A stretch of 58,093 nucleotides of DNA from an uncultured virus (IMG/VR IMGVR_UViG_3300043773_000315) (Duplodnaviria; Heunggongvirae; Uroviricota; Caudoviricetes): IMG/VR virus record IMGVR_UViG_3300043773_000315; one strand, 5' to 3'. Positions within the stretch are counted from its first letter, which is position 1. Every line of letters begins with the position of its first letter. A program made the translations under genes and the position numbers. The notes under the pieces are model-generated. The model was not told where the DNA came from. It saw nothing but the letters and a program-made list of their open reading frames with translations, and made no database searches. This document shows, one piece after another, positions 1 through 8,256 of this stretch.

Positions 1-73
1 CTCCGAGAGTTACAATCTTACGAGCGTAATCCCAGTTACTAACGTAGGACTCGCCATAAAGATCAACTGACAT
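1..73 (-). CDS. Hypothetical protein, N-terminal fragment (runs off window)
   Basis: ATG at 71-73 overlaps the upstream stop; open frame MSVDLYGESYVSNWDYARKIVTLG to the window edge. Confidence 0.55.
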   Translation of the reverse strand, partial: MSVDLYGESYVSNWDYARKIVTLG

Positions 74-357
74 TACTTCATGACTCCATCATAGAACTCT
101 TCAAAGTTCCTATTCTCTTCCTGTTCCTGAGAATAGTTGGCCTTGAAGTAGACCTTAGCCATGCGGCGGATGATCTTCTTGTCAACACCAGTCTTGTCTG
201 AAATGGAGTTGACACTATCCTTCTGAAAGTCTCTCTCAGCAGCAACTCGCGTCATGCTATCATTCAATTGCTGAATTGCTTCCTTGAGTTCCTTTTTCTG
301 AGATTCCGTCAGAGAATTGATACTAACAAAGTTTTGATTGTGACCCATACCAGCCAT
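73..357 (-). CDS. dsbA: T4 DsbA-like / GapR-like double-stranded DNA-binding protein
   Basis: 94 aa helical protein with the pattern LKEAIQQLNDSMTRVAAERD..KK.IRRMAKVYFK..EE.FEEFY; lies in the replication gene region. Confidence 0.65.
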   Translation of the reverse strand: MAGMGHNQNFVSINSLTESQKKELKEAIQQLNDSMTRVAAERDFQKDSVNSISDKTGVDKKIIRRMAKVYFKANYSQEQEENRNFEEFYDGVMK

Positions 358-1010
358 TACTTGCTCTCCAGTGCGATGAAATACTTGATCTTGCCAGACT
401 TAGATACAAACTTAGCGAATGCTCCAAGCTGAATTTCAACATCATAGTCACCAGGAATCAACTTGATGTTTTCGACCTTGAACGATGCAGTAAAGTCTTC
501 GCCAGTATAATCATTCAGCTTGAACGATGCATAGTTAGAAGTATCGTTGGCCTTTTCATGCGTCTGCAAACGAATCTCGCCGTTCTTACCAACAACGGAA
601 AGATGTGTGAGATTGTTCATTGCAGCCAGACGCAGCAACTTGGTAAGAATGGCGTTTGTAAGAGAGAAACTTACATCAACCTGTTTCAACTTCAACTCCT
701 TGTCGGGAGGAGAAACGATGAGATTGGTAGAACAAGAATAATAGTTGAACTTGATATCACCATCATTCATGAGAACCGCGTTGTCAGTAAACGTCAAGTC
801 TGGATTGTTCAGTGTAGAGATGTTACCAAGAAACTGGTTCAAGTCATAGATGCCGAACTGTTCGGGCAGAACATCTTCAACTTCCGCTTCGACCAGAATG
901 GACTTTTCGGGAGAGATAGTCTTCTGTAGATTTCCCTTTTGAAGGACAATTCCAGAATTGATAGACGAAAAGTTCTTCAATACACTCAGGGTGTTTTCAC
1001 TCAACTTCAT
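357..1010 (-). CDS. gp45: DNA polymerase sliding clamp
   Basis: N-terminus MKLSENTLSVLKNFSSIN, FGIYDLNQFL, C-terminal YFIALE, all typical of T4-like gp45. Confidence 0.95.
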   Translation of the reverse strand: MKLSENTLSVLKNFSSINSGIVLQKGNLQKTISPEKSILVEAEVEDVLPEQFGIYDLNQFLGNISTLNNPDLTFTDNAVLMNDGDIKFNYYSCSTNLIVSPPDKELKLKQVDVSFSLTNAILTKLLRLAAMNNLTHLSVVGKNGEIRLQTHEKANDTSNYASFKLNDYTGEDFTASFKVENIKLIPGDYDVEIQLGAFAKFVSKSGKIKYFIALESK

Positions 1011-1036
1011 AATATAAACTCCGATTTGTTTTTGGA

Positions 1037-1696
1037 TTACGCTGCTATTGTATCAGGCTTTTGAGGCCCTGTAAAGACCTTTTTCATGTGTTCGATATCT
1101 CCTTCAAGTGAGGAGATAGTTCCAGTATTGTGCAATTCATGATCCATTATAGAACCAATCCATGCCCATTCTGAATAATGAATACCAGTCTTTTCCATTT
1201 CTTCTTGTGCTTCTGGATTATGTGCAAAACTGATATTGTTAGCAGCATGAGCGAGATCATACCAATCGGGATCAGGACCACGCTTTACACGAATGACAAA
1301 GCCACCCTTTGACTGGATGAATGCAATCTCGTTAGGGAAACGAACGTCAGCAATGACTACGTTTGGATACATGTCCATCTTACGTTCAAGTGAATGAATC
1401 CAAATGTCTGGATGAAATACCTCACGGCCAGCCTCGGTACCCATCATCTGGAGAGCCATGCGAGGAGAGAAATTGTAGCCCATCTTCTCTGACCACCAAT
1501 CGTCAGTTGCCTCACGAAATGCTCGGCTCTCATCAGTATCGCCTTCTAAAAGATGTCGCGGCCATCCGAAGATGGCCGCTGTAGCGTCCTTTACTGTATC
1601 AGCAAAAGACAGTTTTGTAAAGTTATGCTTGTTCACAAGAATATCAGCAACAGTACCTTTACCTGAGCCGATAAATCCTACAATACCAATTAGCAT
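1037..1696 (-). CDS. Deoxynucleoside monophosphate kinase (T4 gp1-like)
   Basis: P-loop GFIGSGKGT, SFADTVK, PRMALQMMGTE, DVRFPNE, H.SE motifs. Confidence 0.9.
   Translation of the reverse strand: MLIGIVGFIGSGKGTVADILVNKHNFTKLSFADTVKDATAAIFGWPRHLLEGDTDESRAFREATDDWWSEKMGYNFSPRMALQMMGTEAGREVFHPDIWIHSLERKMDMYPNVVIADVRFPNEIAFIQSKGGFVIRVKRGPDPDWYDLAHAANNISFAHNPEAQEEMEKTGIHYSEWAWIGSIMDHELHNTGTISSLEGDIEHMKKVFTGPQKPDTIAA
1047..1075 (-). promoter_or_regulatory. sigma70-type promoter for gp45
   Basis: Minus strand TTTACA-17 bp-TACAAT just upstream of gp45. Confidence 0.6.
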
Positions 1697-1697
1697 G

Positions 1698-2591
1698 TTA
1701 TAGATTCCCTGTTAGTTCCGCAATCTTGACCATGTTACCATTGAACGCATAAGTTCCCATATGCGTAGTTCTCATCCACGGACACAACCAGATTGAGCCG
1801 CCGATCTTGCGCCAATACTGACAGAACATATAGTCTTCTGACAGATAGCGATGAGACGAGTTGACTTCCTTTTCAAGGAGTTCTTTGGCTTGATCTTGGA
1901 CGTTCTCGCCTTTCGCTGCGGCTTCCATCATTTGATGGACCTTATCGAAAGGATCACCACGATCAATGACAGTATCAAAGTATGCATGAATATACCTTGA
2001 GCCATCGAAGTGAGCCTGACCAACGTGATCTGGCTTGTATGTCAAGTTTGGATATGCTTCCTTGAACTTGTCAAACACATGACGCTTGATCAACATATAA
2101 CCAGTACCGATTTCCATAACCTCAAGAGGCTCAGAAACACGGAATGATTTTGTGCCAGGAACTGGATTGAACACATAATCGCCAGTCAGCGCATCTAAGT
2201 CGCCAGCATTCATGGCTGGATTCTTTGTGAGAGCAAGAGCGATATTGCGCCAGTTGATAGACTTCTTTGGATACGGAGCACCAATTACATCCTTATCCAG
2301 TGCAATGAGGGCTAGAACATCCTGCGGATCAAAGCAGATGTCGGAGTCGAGAAAGAGTAGATGAGTAAAATCGGAACGTAAAAATTCATCTACAAGATAA
2401 TTACGTGCGCGTGTGATGAGAGATTCATTAAACAGAAAAGAAAAACGAATATCAATTCCGTATTGCATACACAGGCCCTGCAAATCTAATGCAGCCTTTG
2501 AATACATTCCGTGACACTGCCCACCATACATTGGCGTAGCAACGAACAACTTTGCTTTTCTTAAATCTTCAACTTTAACCTGTAACTGCAT
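1698..2591 (-). CDS. Putative GT-A fold glycosyltransferase-like protein
   Basis: FVATPMYGG, ESLITRARN, LFLDSD (DxD), GAPYPKK, GTGYMLI, LSEDY.FC motifs. Confidence 0.7.
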   Translation of the reverse strand: MQLQVKVEDLRKAKLFVATPMYGGQCHGMYSKAALDLQGLCMQYGIDIRFSFLFNESLITRARNYLVDEFLRSDFTHLLFLDSDICFDPQDVLALIALDKDVIGAPYPKKSINWRNIALALTKNPAMNAGDLDALTGDYVFNPVPGTKSFRVSEPLEVMEIGTGYMLIKRHVFDKFKEAYPNLTYKPDHVGQAHFDGSRYIHAYFDTVIDRGDPFDKVHQMMEAAAKGENVQDQAKELLEKEVNSSHRYLSEDYMFCQYWRKIGGSIWLCPWMRTTHMGTYAFNGNMVKIAELTGNL

Positions 2592-2607
2592 TAGAAAACT
2601 CCATAAT

Positions 2608-2648
2608 AAAAAGAGGGAAGGACACTAGTATATAGTATCCATCCCTCT
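2608..2648 (-). terminator. Intrinsic terminator after the wHTH gene
   Basis: Imperfect stem AGAGGGATGGATACT/AGTGTCCTTCCCTCT followed by a T-run on the minus strand. Confidence 0.7.
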
Positions 2649-2663
2649 GAGATTCGTTAAAGA

Positions 2664-2876
2664 TTAGGCAGCAAAACGATAAAACATCTTGCGCTGACCA
2701 TTCACAGTACGATAGTTGCTGTAGATGGTCTTGCCTTCCAAGGTGCGAAGGTCATAGACGCGCTTGTAAACAGCGTCCTTGGACAGACCAGCCAGCTGGG
2801 CTACACGACCAGCTGTAATACCAGCGCCCTTGCTGTTACGGCGAAGAACCTTGGCAACGCGAGAAAGATGAGACAT
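2664..2876 (-). CDS. Small basic winged helix-turn-helix protein
   Basis: 70 aa; ITAGRVAQLAGLSKDAVYKRVYDLR HTH followed by a beta-hairpin wing; GGAG SD; own promoter and terminator. Confidence 0.7.
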   Translation of the reverse strand: MSHLSRVAKVLRRNSKGAGITAGRVAQLAGLSKDAVYKRVYDLRTLEGKTIYSNYRTVNGQRKMFYRFAA

Positions 2877-2899
2877 TCAATACACTCCATAGTAAAAAT

Positions 2900-2950
2900 G
2901 AGTCACTTGGTTTAAGATAATCGGACAATGTGTGACTCTTTGCCATTGTC
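2900..2950 (-). promoter_or_regulatory. Predicted H-type RNA pseudoknot in the 5' leader
   Basis: S1 GACAAUG (2950-2944) with CAUUGUC (2930-2924); S2 GAGUCAC (2938-2932) with GUGACUC (2906-2900). Confidence 0.65.
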
Positions 2951-2955
2951 TGATT

Positions 2956-2984
2956 ATTGTAGCAGGCATTAACTGCCTTGTCAA
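2956..2984 (-). promoter_or_regulatory. sigma70-type early promoter
   Basis: Minus strand TTGACA-17 bp-TACAAT with TG extension. Confidence 0.8.
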
Positions 2985-2987
2985 GCA

Positions 2988-4211
2988 TTAAAACGGCACC
3001 TCTTCATCAAGATTGACAGCCGTGACAGTTTCAGTCGGCTTCGGCGCAACAGTTTCGTCCAGCTTGGCGTAAAGATCCCAGAAGCCGCCCTTAGTGTCTA
3101 CATCAAAGCGGTTCAGACAAAGCTTGATTGCCTTCTCACGGTCGCGGCCGAAGATGGCGTAGGCCTCGCAGATATGAACCAGACGGCGAGTGGAGATGAT
3201 ATCGGAAACCGCACCATCGTAGAACGCCTTACGGATCATGTCAGCCCAGTTGACCAGCTTGTCTGCAAAGTCCTGGTCTTCAATACCAGAAGCACCGAGA
3301 ACATTGTTCAGGATCTTTGCTTCGGTCTTGAGCGGCGGATATTCCTGCTCAAACGTGATGGAGAAACGCTCAAGGAAAGCTTCGTTCATCACGTTGGTAC
3401 CGATGAAGCGACCGTCATCAGAACCCTTACCCTTGGTGTTAGCAGTGGCAAGGATGTTGAAGCCAGGCGCAGGCGTCACAACCCGATTGATCTTCTTGAG
3501 ATAGATCGGCTTGCCCTCAAGGACAGGCTGGAGACACATAAGCTTGGCGTCACCGAGATCCACTTCGTCAAGCAACAGGATTGCACCACGTTCCATGGCC
3601 ACGATAACAGGGCCGTTCTGCCAGACAGTCTTGCCGTCAATAAGACGGAAGCCACCGATCAGATCGTCCTCGTCAGTTTCCTTCGTGATGTTAGCACGAA
3701 CCAGTTCACGCTTTTCCTGAGCCGCAATCTGCTCAATCATCATGGTCTTACCGTTGCCAGACAGACCAGTGATGTAAGTCGGATAGAACTTACCAGACTT
3801 GATAATCATGCGAACATCAGGAAAGTGACCGAATGGAACATAACCCTTAGCCTTGTCAGGCACCAGAGAGATGGAATCACTAGAAGCATGAAGAGCCATC
3901 GCCATGTCGGCGTGATTGGCCACTTCCGTGACCTGAGCAACAGGAACAGCCGAAGCAATATCGGCCGCCTTGATCGGCTTAGACTTGGCAATCTTTGCAG
4001 CAGGCTTTGCATTGGACATGTCAACATTACCCAGAGAATAGACACCACGACCGACGCGAACGGCGTCATTCTTGGTCAACCACAGCGGATCCTTAAGACC
4101 GTACTTTTCCATGATTGCGAACACTTCGGCGCGGGTAATGGTGTTAACATTACCAAGTTCGGCCTTAACAGCATTCAGGAACGGGGTCTTATCAACGGGG
4201 CGCTTAGCCAT
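2988..4211 (-). CDS. MoxR/CobS-like AAA+ ATPase
   Basis: Walker A GLSGNGKT, DEDDLIGG, Walker B LLLDEVD, ATANTKG, NEAFLERF, ISTRRL. Confidence 0.92.
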   Translation of the reverse strand: MAKRPVDKTPFLNAVKAELGNVNTITRAEVFAIMEKYGLKDPLWLTKNDAVRVGRGVYSLGNVDMSNAKPAAKIAKSKPIKAADIASAVPVAQVTEVANHADMAMALHASSDSISLVPDKAKGYVPFGHFPDVRMIIKSGKFYPTYITGLSGNGKTMMIEQIAAQEKRELVRANITKETDEDDLIGGFRLIDGKTVWQNGPVIVAMERGAILLLDEVDLGDAKLMCLQPVLEGKPIYLKKINRVVTPAPGFNILATANTKGKGSDDGRFIGTNVMNEAFLERFSITFEQEYPPLKTEAKILNNVLGASGIEDQDFADKLVNWADMIRKAFYDGAVSDIISTRRLVHICEAYAIFGRDREKAIKLCLNRFDVDTKGGFWDLYAKLDETVAPKPTETVTAVNLDEEVPF

Positions 4212-4251
4212 ATTAGGAACTTTCCTTTGTGTGTGTTTCGATTACGTGTAT

Positions 4252-4279
4252 ATTATAGCAGGTAGGAATGATTTGTCAA
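4252..4279 (-). promoter_or_regulatory. sigma70-type early promoter
   Basis: Minus strand TTGACA-16 bp-TATAAT with TG extension. Confidence 0.75.
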
Positions 4280-6513
4280 GCGGCAATTCGCTTGACAAAC
4301 CGAGTGAGTAGAACGCGAGATACAGCCTTCTTTTCCGAAAACTTGATAAATTCCGAAGCAATTTTGCGCTTGGTCATATCAGAGTTTACGTTAAGATTTC
4401 CAGAAGACACATTCAAGGACTTCGGATTGAGGATATAATACTCATCATATCCAGCAGTTGTCACACCGAAGAACCCGTTAGTTTTCCAGTCGGTCTGGCA
4501 CTTCTTATATGTTTCACCATATTCACTGTAGAACTGGCGATACATGCTTTCAAAGCCATAAGAAGAGATATAGAAGCCGAGCAGATTGCAGCCAGTACGT
4601 TCCTTGAGTATCCGCAGCAAGAGAGTTGTCATCACTCTGTTGTCGGTGTAAGGAGAATAGCGGCTATAGCTATTCTTGTCACCACGAATGTCATGGTTCT
4701 TCTTGGTAATTTCATCTTGAAGAATGAACTTCCGATTTCTACCGTAAGAGGGAACACCATGAATTTTCTCCATCGGATCGGACTCGCCGTCAGTCAGGAA
4801 GATTGTATTGACAATCTGAACCTTAGACCGAGCCTTGAACCGATTGACAATCAAATCGGCCGTACCGATACATTCATTCAGCGGAGTGGAAGACAGTCCG
4901 TCACACGTAAGGTGACCGCCACAAGCCATGACATATAGATGGAACATTGCGTCATTGAACTCAGCCACATTCATCCGTGAAGACAAAAAGTTCCGAGCAA
5001 TAAAGTTGTCAAAGTCCAACTCATTAGTGCCGTTCGTGAACAGACGATTATGTGAAGGAATACGACCCGCATCATAATCGAAAGCATTTACAGAACGGAA
5101 TGAGTATACCTCAAACGGGATCTGAGCCCGCTTACAGAACATGGTCAGCGAAAGCAATTGCTTGACCGTCTTCTTGAGATGAATGTCCATTGAACCAGAC
5201 CAGTCAATGAACATGACAAAGCCGTGGTTCTTACCAGTCGCAACGGAAGTGATACGACGGAACAGGTCATCATTATACTTGTATGAATGCAACTTGTTAG
5301 TGTCAATCACGCCAGTCTTAGACACCGAAGTCCGAGCATATTCATCGGCCGACTTCCGCATTTCAAATTCCTTGACCATGAAGGAAAGAGTTGCGGCCTC
5401 GTCCGACTTGAACTTTTGAAGTTCAGCACGAATTTCCTTGAGCCATTCTTGACTTGTAATACGGCCAATACATTCACGCTGATCAGCCAGAACAATCTTG
5501 TAATCATTCACGACACTATCATAGTTGATAGGACGCGGAATCTTAGCATAGATATATTCTTCGTCCGAGTTGATCACAAGGTCATTCTGACGTTCCTGCC
5601 AAGCCTTTTCAGTCTCGGACTCAGGAATATCATCTTCACGCTGAGAACCAACATTCAGAGGATCGTTATCATCTTTTTCACCGGCGGCATCGCCAGTTTC
5701 GGAAGCTTCGGCGTCATCGCCATCTTCTTCCTCATCTTCTTCATCCTCGTCTTCATCATCCGAATCGTCATAAGTAGAACCAGAACCAGTTTCGGCCTCA
5801 TCTTCGGCTTCGTCATCGCCATATTCAAACTCGGAATCGTCCTCGTCATCATCGTCAGTAGCGGTCGACTTTGCACGGAAGTCTTCAATGTCCTGCTGCT
5901 GCTCTTCCTGCTTTTCCTTAGACCAACGGAAGATTTCTTCCGTGAGGGCTAGAACCTCATCGAAAGTTTCAGCGGCTTCAACCTTAGCAAGAAGGGACTT
6001 TTCTTCGGCATTGAACTTGATGCCGAGCATTGAACCACCCTTGCAGTAAATGTTCAAGCGGTCAATAAAGGACATGGAATTTACGTCTTTGGTTTTAGTA
6101 CCAAAGAAATCGCGGTCGATTAGTTCGGCATAGCCCTTGACATAGTTGCGCCGAGCACCAGGGAAACGGCGCTTCTGGCGCTTGTCAATACGGGCGTCTT
6201 CAATCACGTTCAGAAAGCCCTTGACGGCCAGAATAGCACGATTGGAAGTAGAACCAGCAATACGCTTGGCAATGTCAGCGATAGCATCAGTCCAGCCCTC
6301 AGTCGGAGTATCAAGAGCATGACCGACTTCATGCACCACCAGAAGGTCATACAGATCGTTGGACATTTCGCGCCAGACAGGGAGCATAAGAACACGGGAC
6401 TTTACGTCAAACCATGCGGTCTTGGCCGAAGCACTATGCTGAACAGTAATGTTTTCCGTAGCCAGCAACTTGGCTAGCTGGGACTTGGCATTATGATTAT
6501 GTGTTACTTCCAT
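4276..6513 (-). CDS. CobT-like protein: HEXXH metallopeptidase-like domain, acidic linker, VWA domain
   Basis: HEVGH and NVIEDARI; long D/E tract; MIDAS DWSGS...STPL...LTDGE. Confidence 0.85.
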   Translation of the reverse strand: MEVTHNHNAKSQLAKLLATENITVQHSASAKTAWFDVKSRVLMLPVWREMSNDLYDLLVVHEVGHALDTPTEGWTDAIADIAKRIAGSTSNRAILAVKGFLNVIEDARIDKRQKRRFPGARRNYVKGYAELIDRDFFGTKTKDVNSMSFIDRLNIYCKGGSMLGIKFNAEEKSLLAKVEAAETFDEVLALTEEIFRWSKEKQEEQQQDIEDFRAKSTATDDDDEDDSEFEYGDDEAEDEAETGSGSTYDDSDDEDEDEEDEEEDGDDAEASETGDAAGEKDDNDPLNVGSQREDDIPESETEKAWQERQNDLVINSDEEYIYAKIPRPINYDSVVNDYKIVLADQRECIGRITSQEWLKEIRAELQKFKSDEAATLSFMVKEFEMRKSADEYARTSVSKTGVIDTNKLHSYKYNDDLFRRITSVATGKNHGFVMFIDWSGSMDIHLKKTVKQLLSLTMFCKRAQIPFEVYSFRSVNAFDYDAGRIPSHNRLFTNGTNELDFDNFIARNFLSSRMNVAEFNDAMFHLYVMACGGHLTCDGLSSTPLNECIGTADLIVNRFKARSKVQIVNTIFLTDGESDPMEKIHGVPSYGRNRKFILQDEITKKNHDIRGDKNSYSRYSPYTDNRVMTTLLLRILKERTGCNLLGFYISSYGFESMYRQFYSEYGETYKKCQTDWKTNGFFGVTTAGYDEYYILNPKSLNVSSGNLNVNSDMTKRKIASEFIKFSEKKAVSRVLLTRFVKRIAA

Positions 6514-6536
6514 AGTGTCCTCGTTATTATGGACAT

Positions 6537-6565
6537 AGAATAGATGGATTTGCGGAGAATGTCAA
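6537..6565 (-). promoter_or_regulatory. sigma70-type early promoter
   Basis: Minus strand TTGACA-17 bp-TATTCT upstream of a GAGG SD. Confidence 0.7.
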
Positions 6566-6567
6566 GC

Positions 6568-6822
6568 TTATCCGACATAGACAAGCAAAACAGCTTTGCT
6601 ATCAGGTTGCTTGTAGGTTGCGATATGCATGTTATCAGCTTTGGAATACATTTTCTTATACAACTTGAACGGCTGTTCATTTCCGTATGAAGTATCTATC
6701 ATATCAGGAAACTCAAGATCATCTGATATGGACAAAAGGTCTACATGATAAACGTCAGGTTTTGATTCGAAAACGATATGTGAAACGATATGGGAATCGT
6801 CAAGTCTGAGCATCTGGGTCAT
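6568..6822 (-). CDS. Hypothetical protein (start revised to MTQMLR)
   Basis: GGAG SD 6 nt upstream of the ATG at 6822; the longer ORF start would overlap the promoter. Confidence 0.6.
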   Translation of the reverse strand: MTQMLRLDDSHIVSHIVFESKPDVYHVDLLSISDDLEFPDMIDTSYGNEQPFKLYKKMYSKADNMHIATYKQPDSKAVLLVYVG

Positions 6823-6846
6823 AGTGTTCTCCGTCTTCATACATAT

Positions 6847-6875
6847 AATATAGTGACGGAGACCAGAGAAATCAA
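6847..6875 (-). promoter_or_regulatory. sigma70-type early promoter
   Basis: Minus strand TTGATT-17 bp-TATATT. Confidence 0.65.
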
Positions 6876-6893
6876 GCATAGAAACAGAATACC

Positions 6894-6936
6894 TGCTATG
6901 CAGTGGACGCATAGCATACTGGCTAAGTGATTGATT
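6894..6936. promoter_or_regulatory. Dyad operator-like site plus IHF-consensus site
   Basis: TGCTATGC-N7-GCATAGCA at 6894-6916; minus strand AATCAATCACTTA (WATCAANNNNTTR) at 6924-6936. Confidence 0.5.
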
Positions 6937-6949
6937 TTATTGAGTTCGG

Positions 6950-7924
6950 CTAAGTCTTTGATATCTTTTTGAGAACCATACCGTAATTGTTGACCTTAGG
7001 TAAGGTTGATAAATCAACTCCAGATTTCAGTCTCAGCCGATTGTCATCTGGACCAAGTCCGATGTTTCGCCTAATCTGTAACTGTTCTGGATTCAATTCT
7101 CGCTCTGGCTTTTGAAACGGCAAATAATCCACATAATGATGCCAACGACCATATCGCCACACCATCCGAGCAACATCAGGATGCATGTCAACTAGCATCT
7201 GAGACTTATTGATTGTACCTGTCGCATTCAATTGTCCATCACGCCACTTGCTCTTGTCTAGTTCACCTTCTGCATGATAGAACTCTGCTGTATTGCCGCC
7301 CTTCACAGTTTGAGTAGCAGACTTGCCTTGCAGAAATGCATTAAACTGAATTGTGCAATCGCCATCTTTCAATACGCGAAGACAGATATCGGTATCTTCG
7401 TTATATCTACCACGCCAACGATGCTTACAATCATTAGAGATAAGCAGAGTGGAATAGATACGAGTGTTAATACTGAAAGGTGGATAAGCCTGATTAGGTG
7501 CAATAAAGAATCTATACTGAAAGCCTGAGATAGGAACATTCTCAAAGCGGTCAACAAAATCTTCTGCGGCCTTGAATATTACACCAGATTCCACACGAAT
7601 GCGTTGGTTCTTGTGTAGTCGATAGAAGTCTGAAATGTTATCGTCACACACCCAATGCTTTTCAGCACCTATTGAGATAGAGTGATCCCAACACCAGTTT
7701 CTTGCGCGACCAGGACCGTCACCGTGGTTAGAAAAAGGAGCCACAAGAAGGGTAACATAGTTACGAATGCCAAAATTATCCAACGCTTCATCATAGAGTT
7801 TTTCGTCCTGCGGTTCAATAGCGATATAATGTGGAATCTTCATACGCGCAAGTGAGCGCGAGGTATACATTGTGTCATGTCTACCTTTTGAAATGATATA
7901 AACTGGATGTGTCGGATTCGTCAT
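6950..7924 (-). CDS. TET-associated/GREB1-like GT-A glycosyltransferase, putative DNA base glycosyltransferase
   Basis: VYIISKGR, GPGRARNWCWDHS, HWVCDDNI, RIYSTLLI, WRGRYNEDTD, KGGNT, RWHHYVDY motifs; adjacent to gp46. Confidence 0.75.
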   Translation of the reverse strand: MTNPTHPVYIISKGRHDTMYTSRSLARMKIPHYIAIEPQDEKLYDEALDNFGIRNYVTLLVAPFSNHGDGPGRARNWCWDHSISIGAEKHWVCDDNISDFYRLHKNQRIRVESGVIFKAAEDFVDRFENVPISGFQYRFFIAPNQAYPPFSINTRIYSTLLISNDCKHRWRGRYNEDTDICLRVLKDGDCTIQFNAFLQGKSATQTVKGGNTAEFYHAEGELDKSKWRDGQLNATGTINKSQMLVDMHPDVARMVWRYGRWHHYVDYLPFQKPERELNPEQLQIRRNIGLGPDDNRLRLKSGVDLSTLPKVNNYGMVLKKISKT

Positions 7925-8256
7925 TCTTCAAACCAACGCTTCAAAGAGTTTTCATCCTTGTCAAGGTGTGGATACCACATACTCTTGGTCTTATCTGTAA
8001 TAGTCTGTTCATCATCCACTTGTGCATACTTTGTGCGGAACTCATCAAAGTCTTGCTTATTGCGGAAATGAAGATACAGTGTCTTGAACGGTGGATTATC
8101 TTTCTGTTCAAACTCAGGCATTCCTACCCAAAGTTTTTCTCTCTCATTCTCATCAGTTTCTTCCATGCCAAGAAATTCCGCGAGAGTTTGTTCTTTCGCG
8201 GTTTCTTCTTTCTTGCCCAGGAAGTTATCGTATTCTGCGGATTCTTTTACTGTCAT
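7921..8256 (-). CDS. Small protein coupled to the glycosyltransferase (possible accessory subunit)
   Basis: WVGMPEFEQ..LHFRNKQDFDEF..ITDKTKSMWYP; 4-nt overlaps with both neighbours. Confidence 0.6.
   Translation of the reverse strand: MTVKESAEYDNFLGKKEETAKEQTLAEFLGMEETDENEREKLWVGMPEFEQKDNPPFKTLYLHFRNKQDFDEFRTKYAQVDDEQTITDKTKSMWYPHLDKDENSLKRWFEE

Noticed and set aside
2900..2950. Pseudoknot as a known SAM-II, SAM-V or preQ1 riboswitch
   Set aside because: I cannot match their conserved ligand-binding nucleotides, and the downstream gene is not metabolic; kept as an unassigned structure
3174..4265. 363 aa plus-strand ORF, and 221 aa ORF at 5287-5952
   Set aside because: Antisense shadows of the GC-rich ATPase and VWA genes; no recognisable motifs or RBS
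2988..6513. Cobalamin biosynthesis auxiliary metabolic genes (cobS/cobT)
   Set aside because: No cobN or other cobalamin genes are present; the domain content fits a generic MoxR-VWA system
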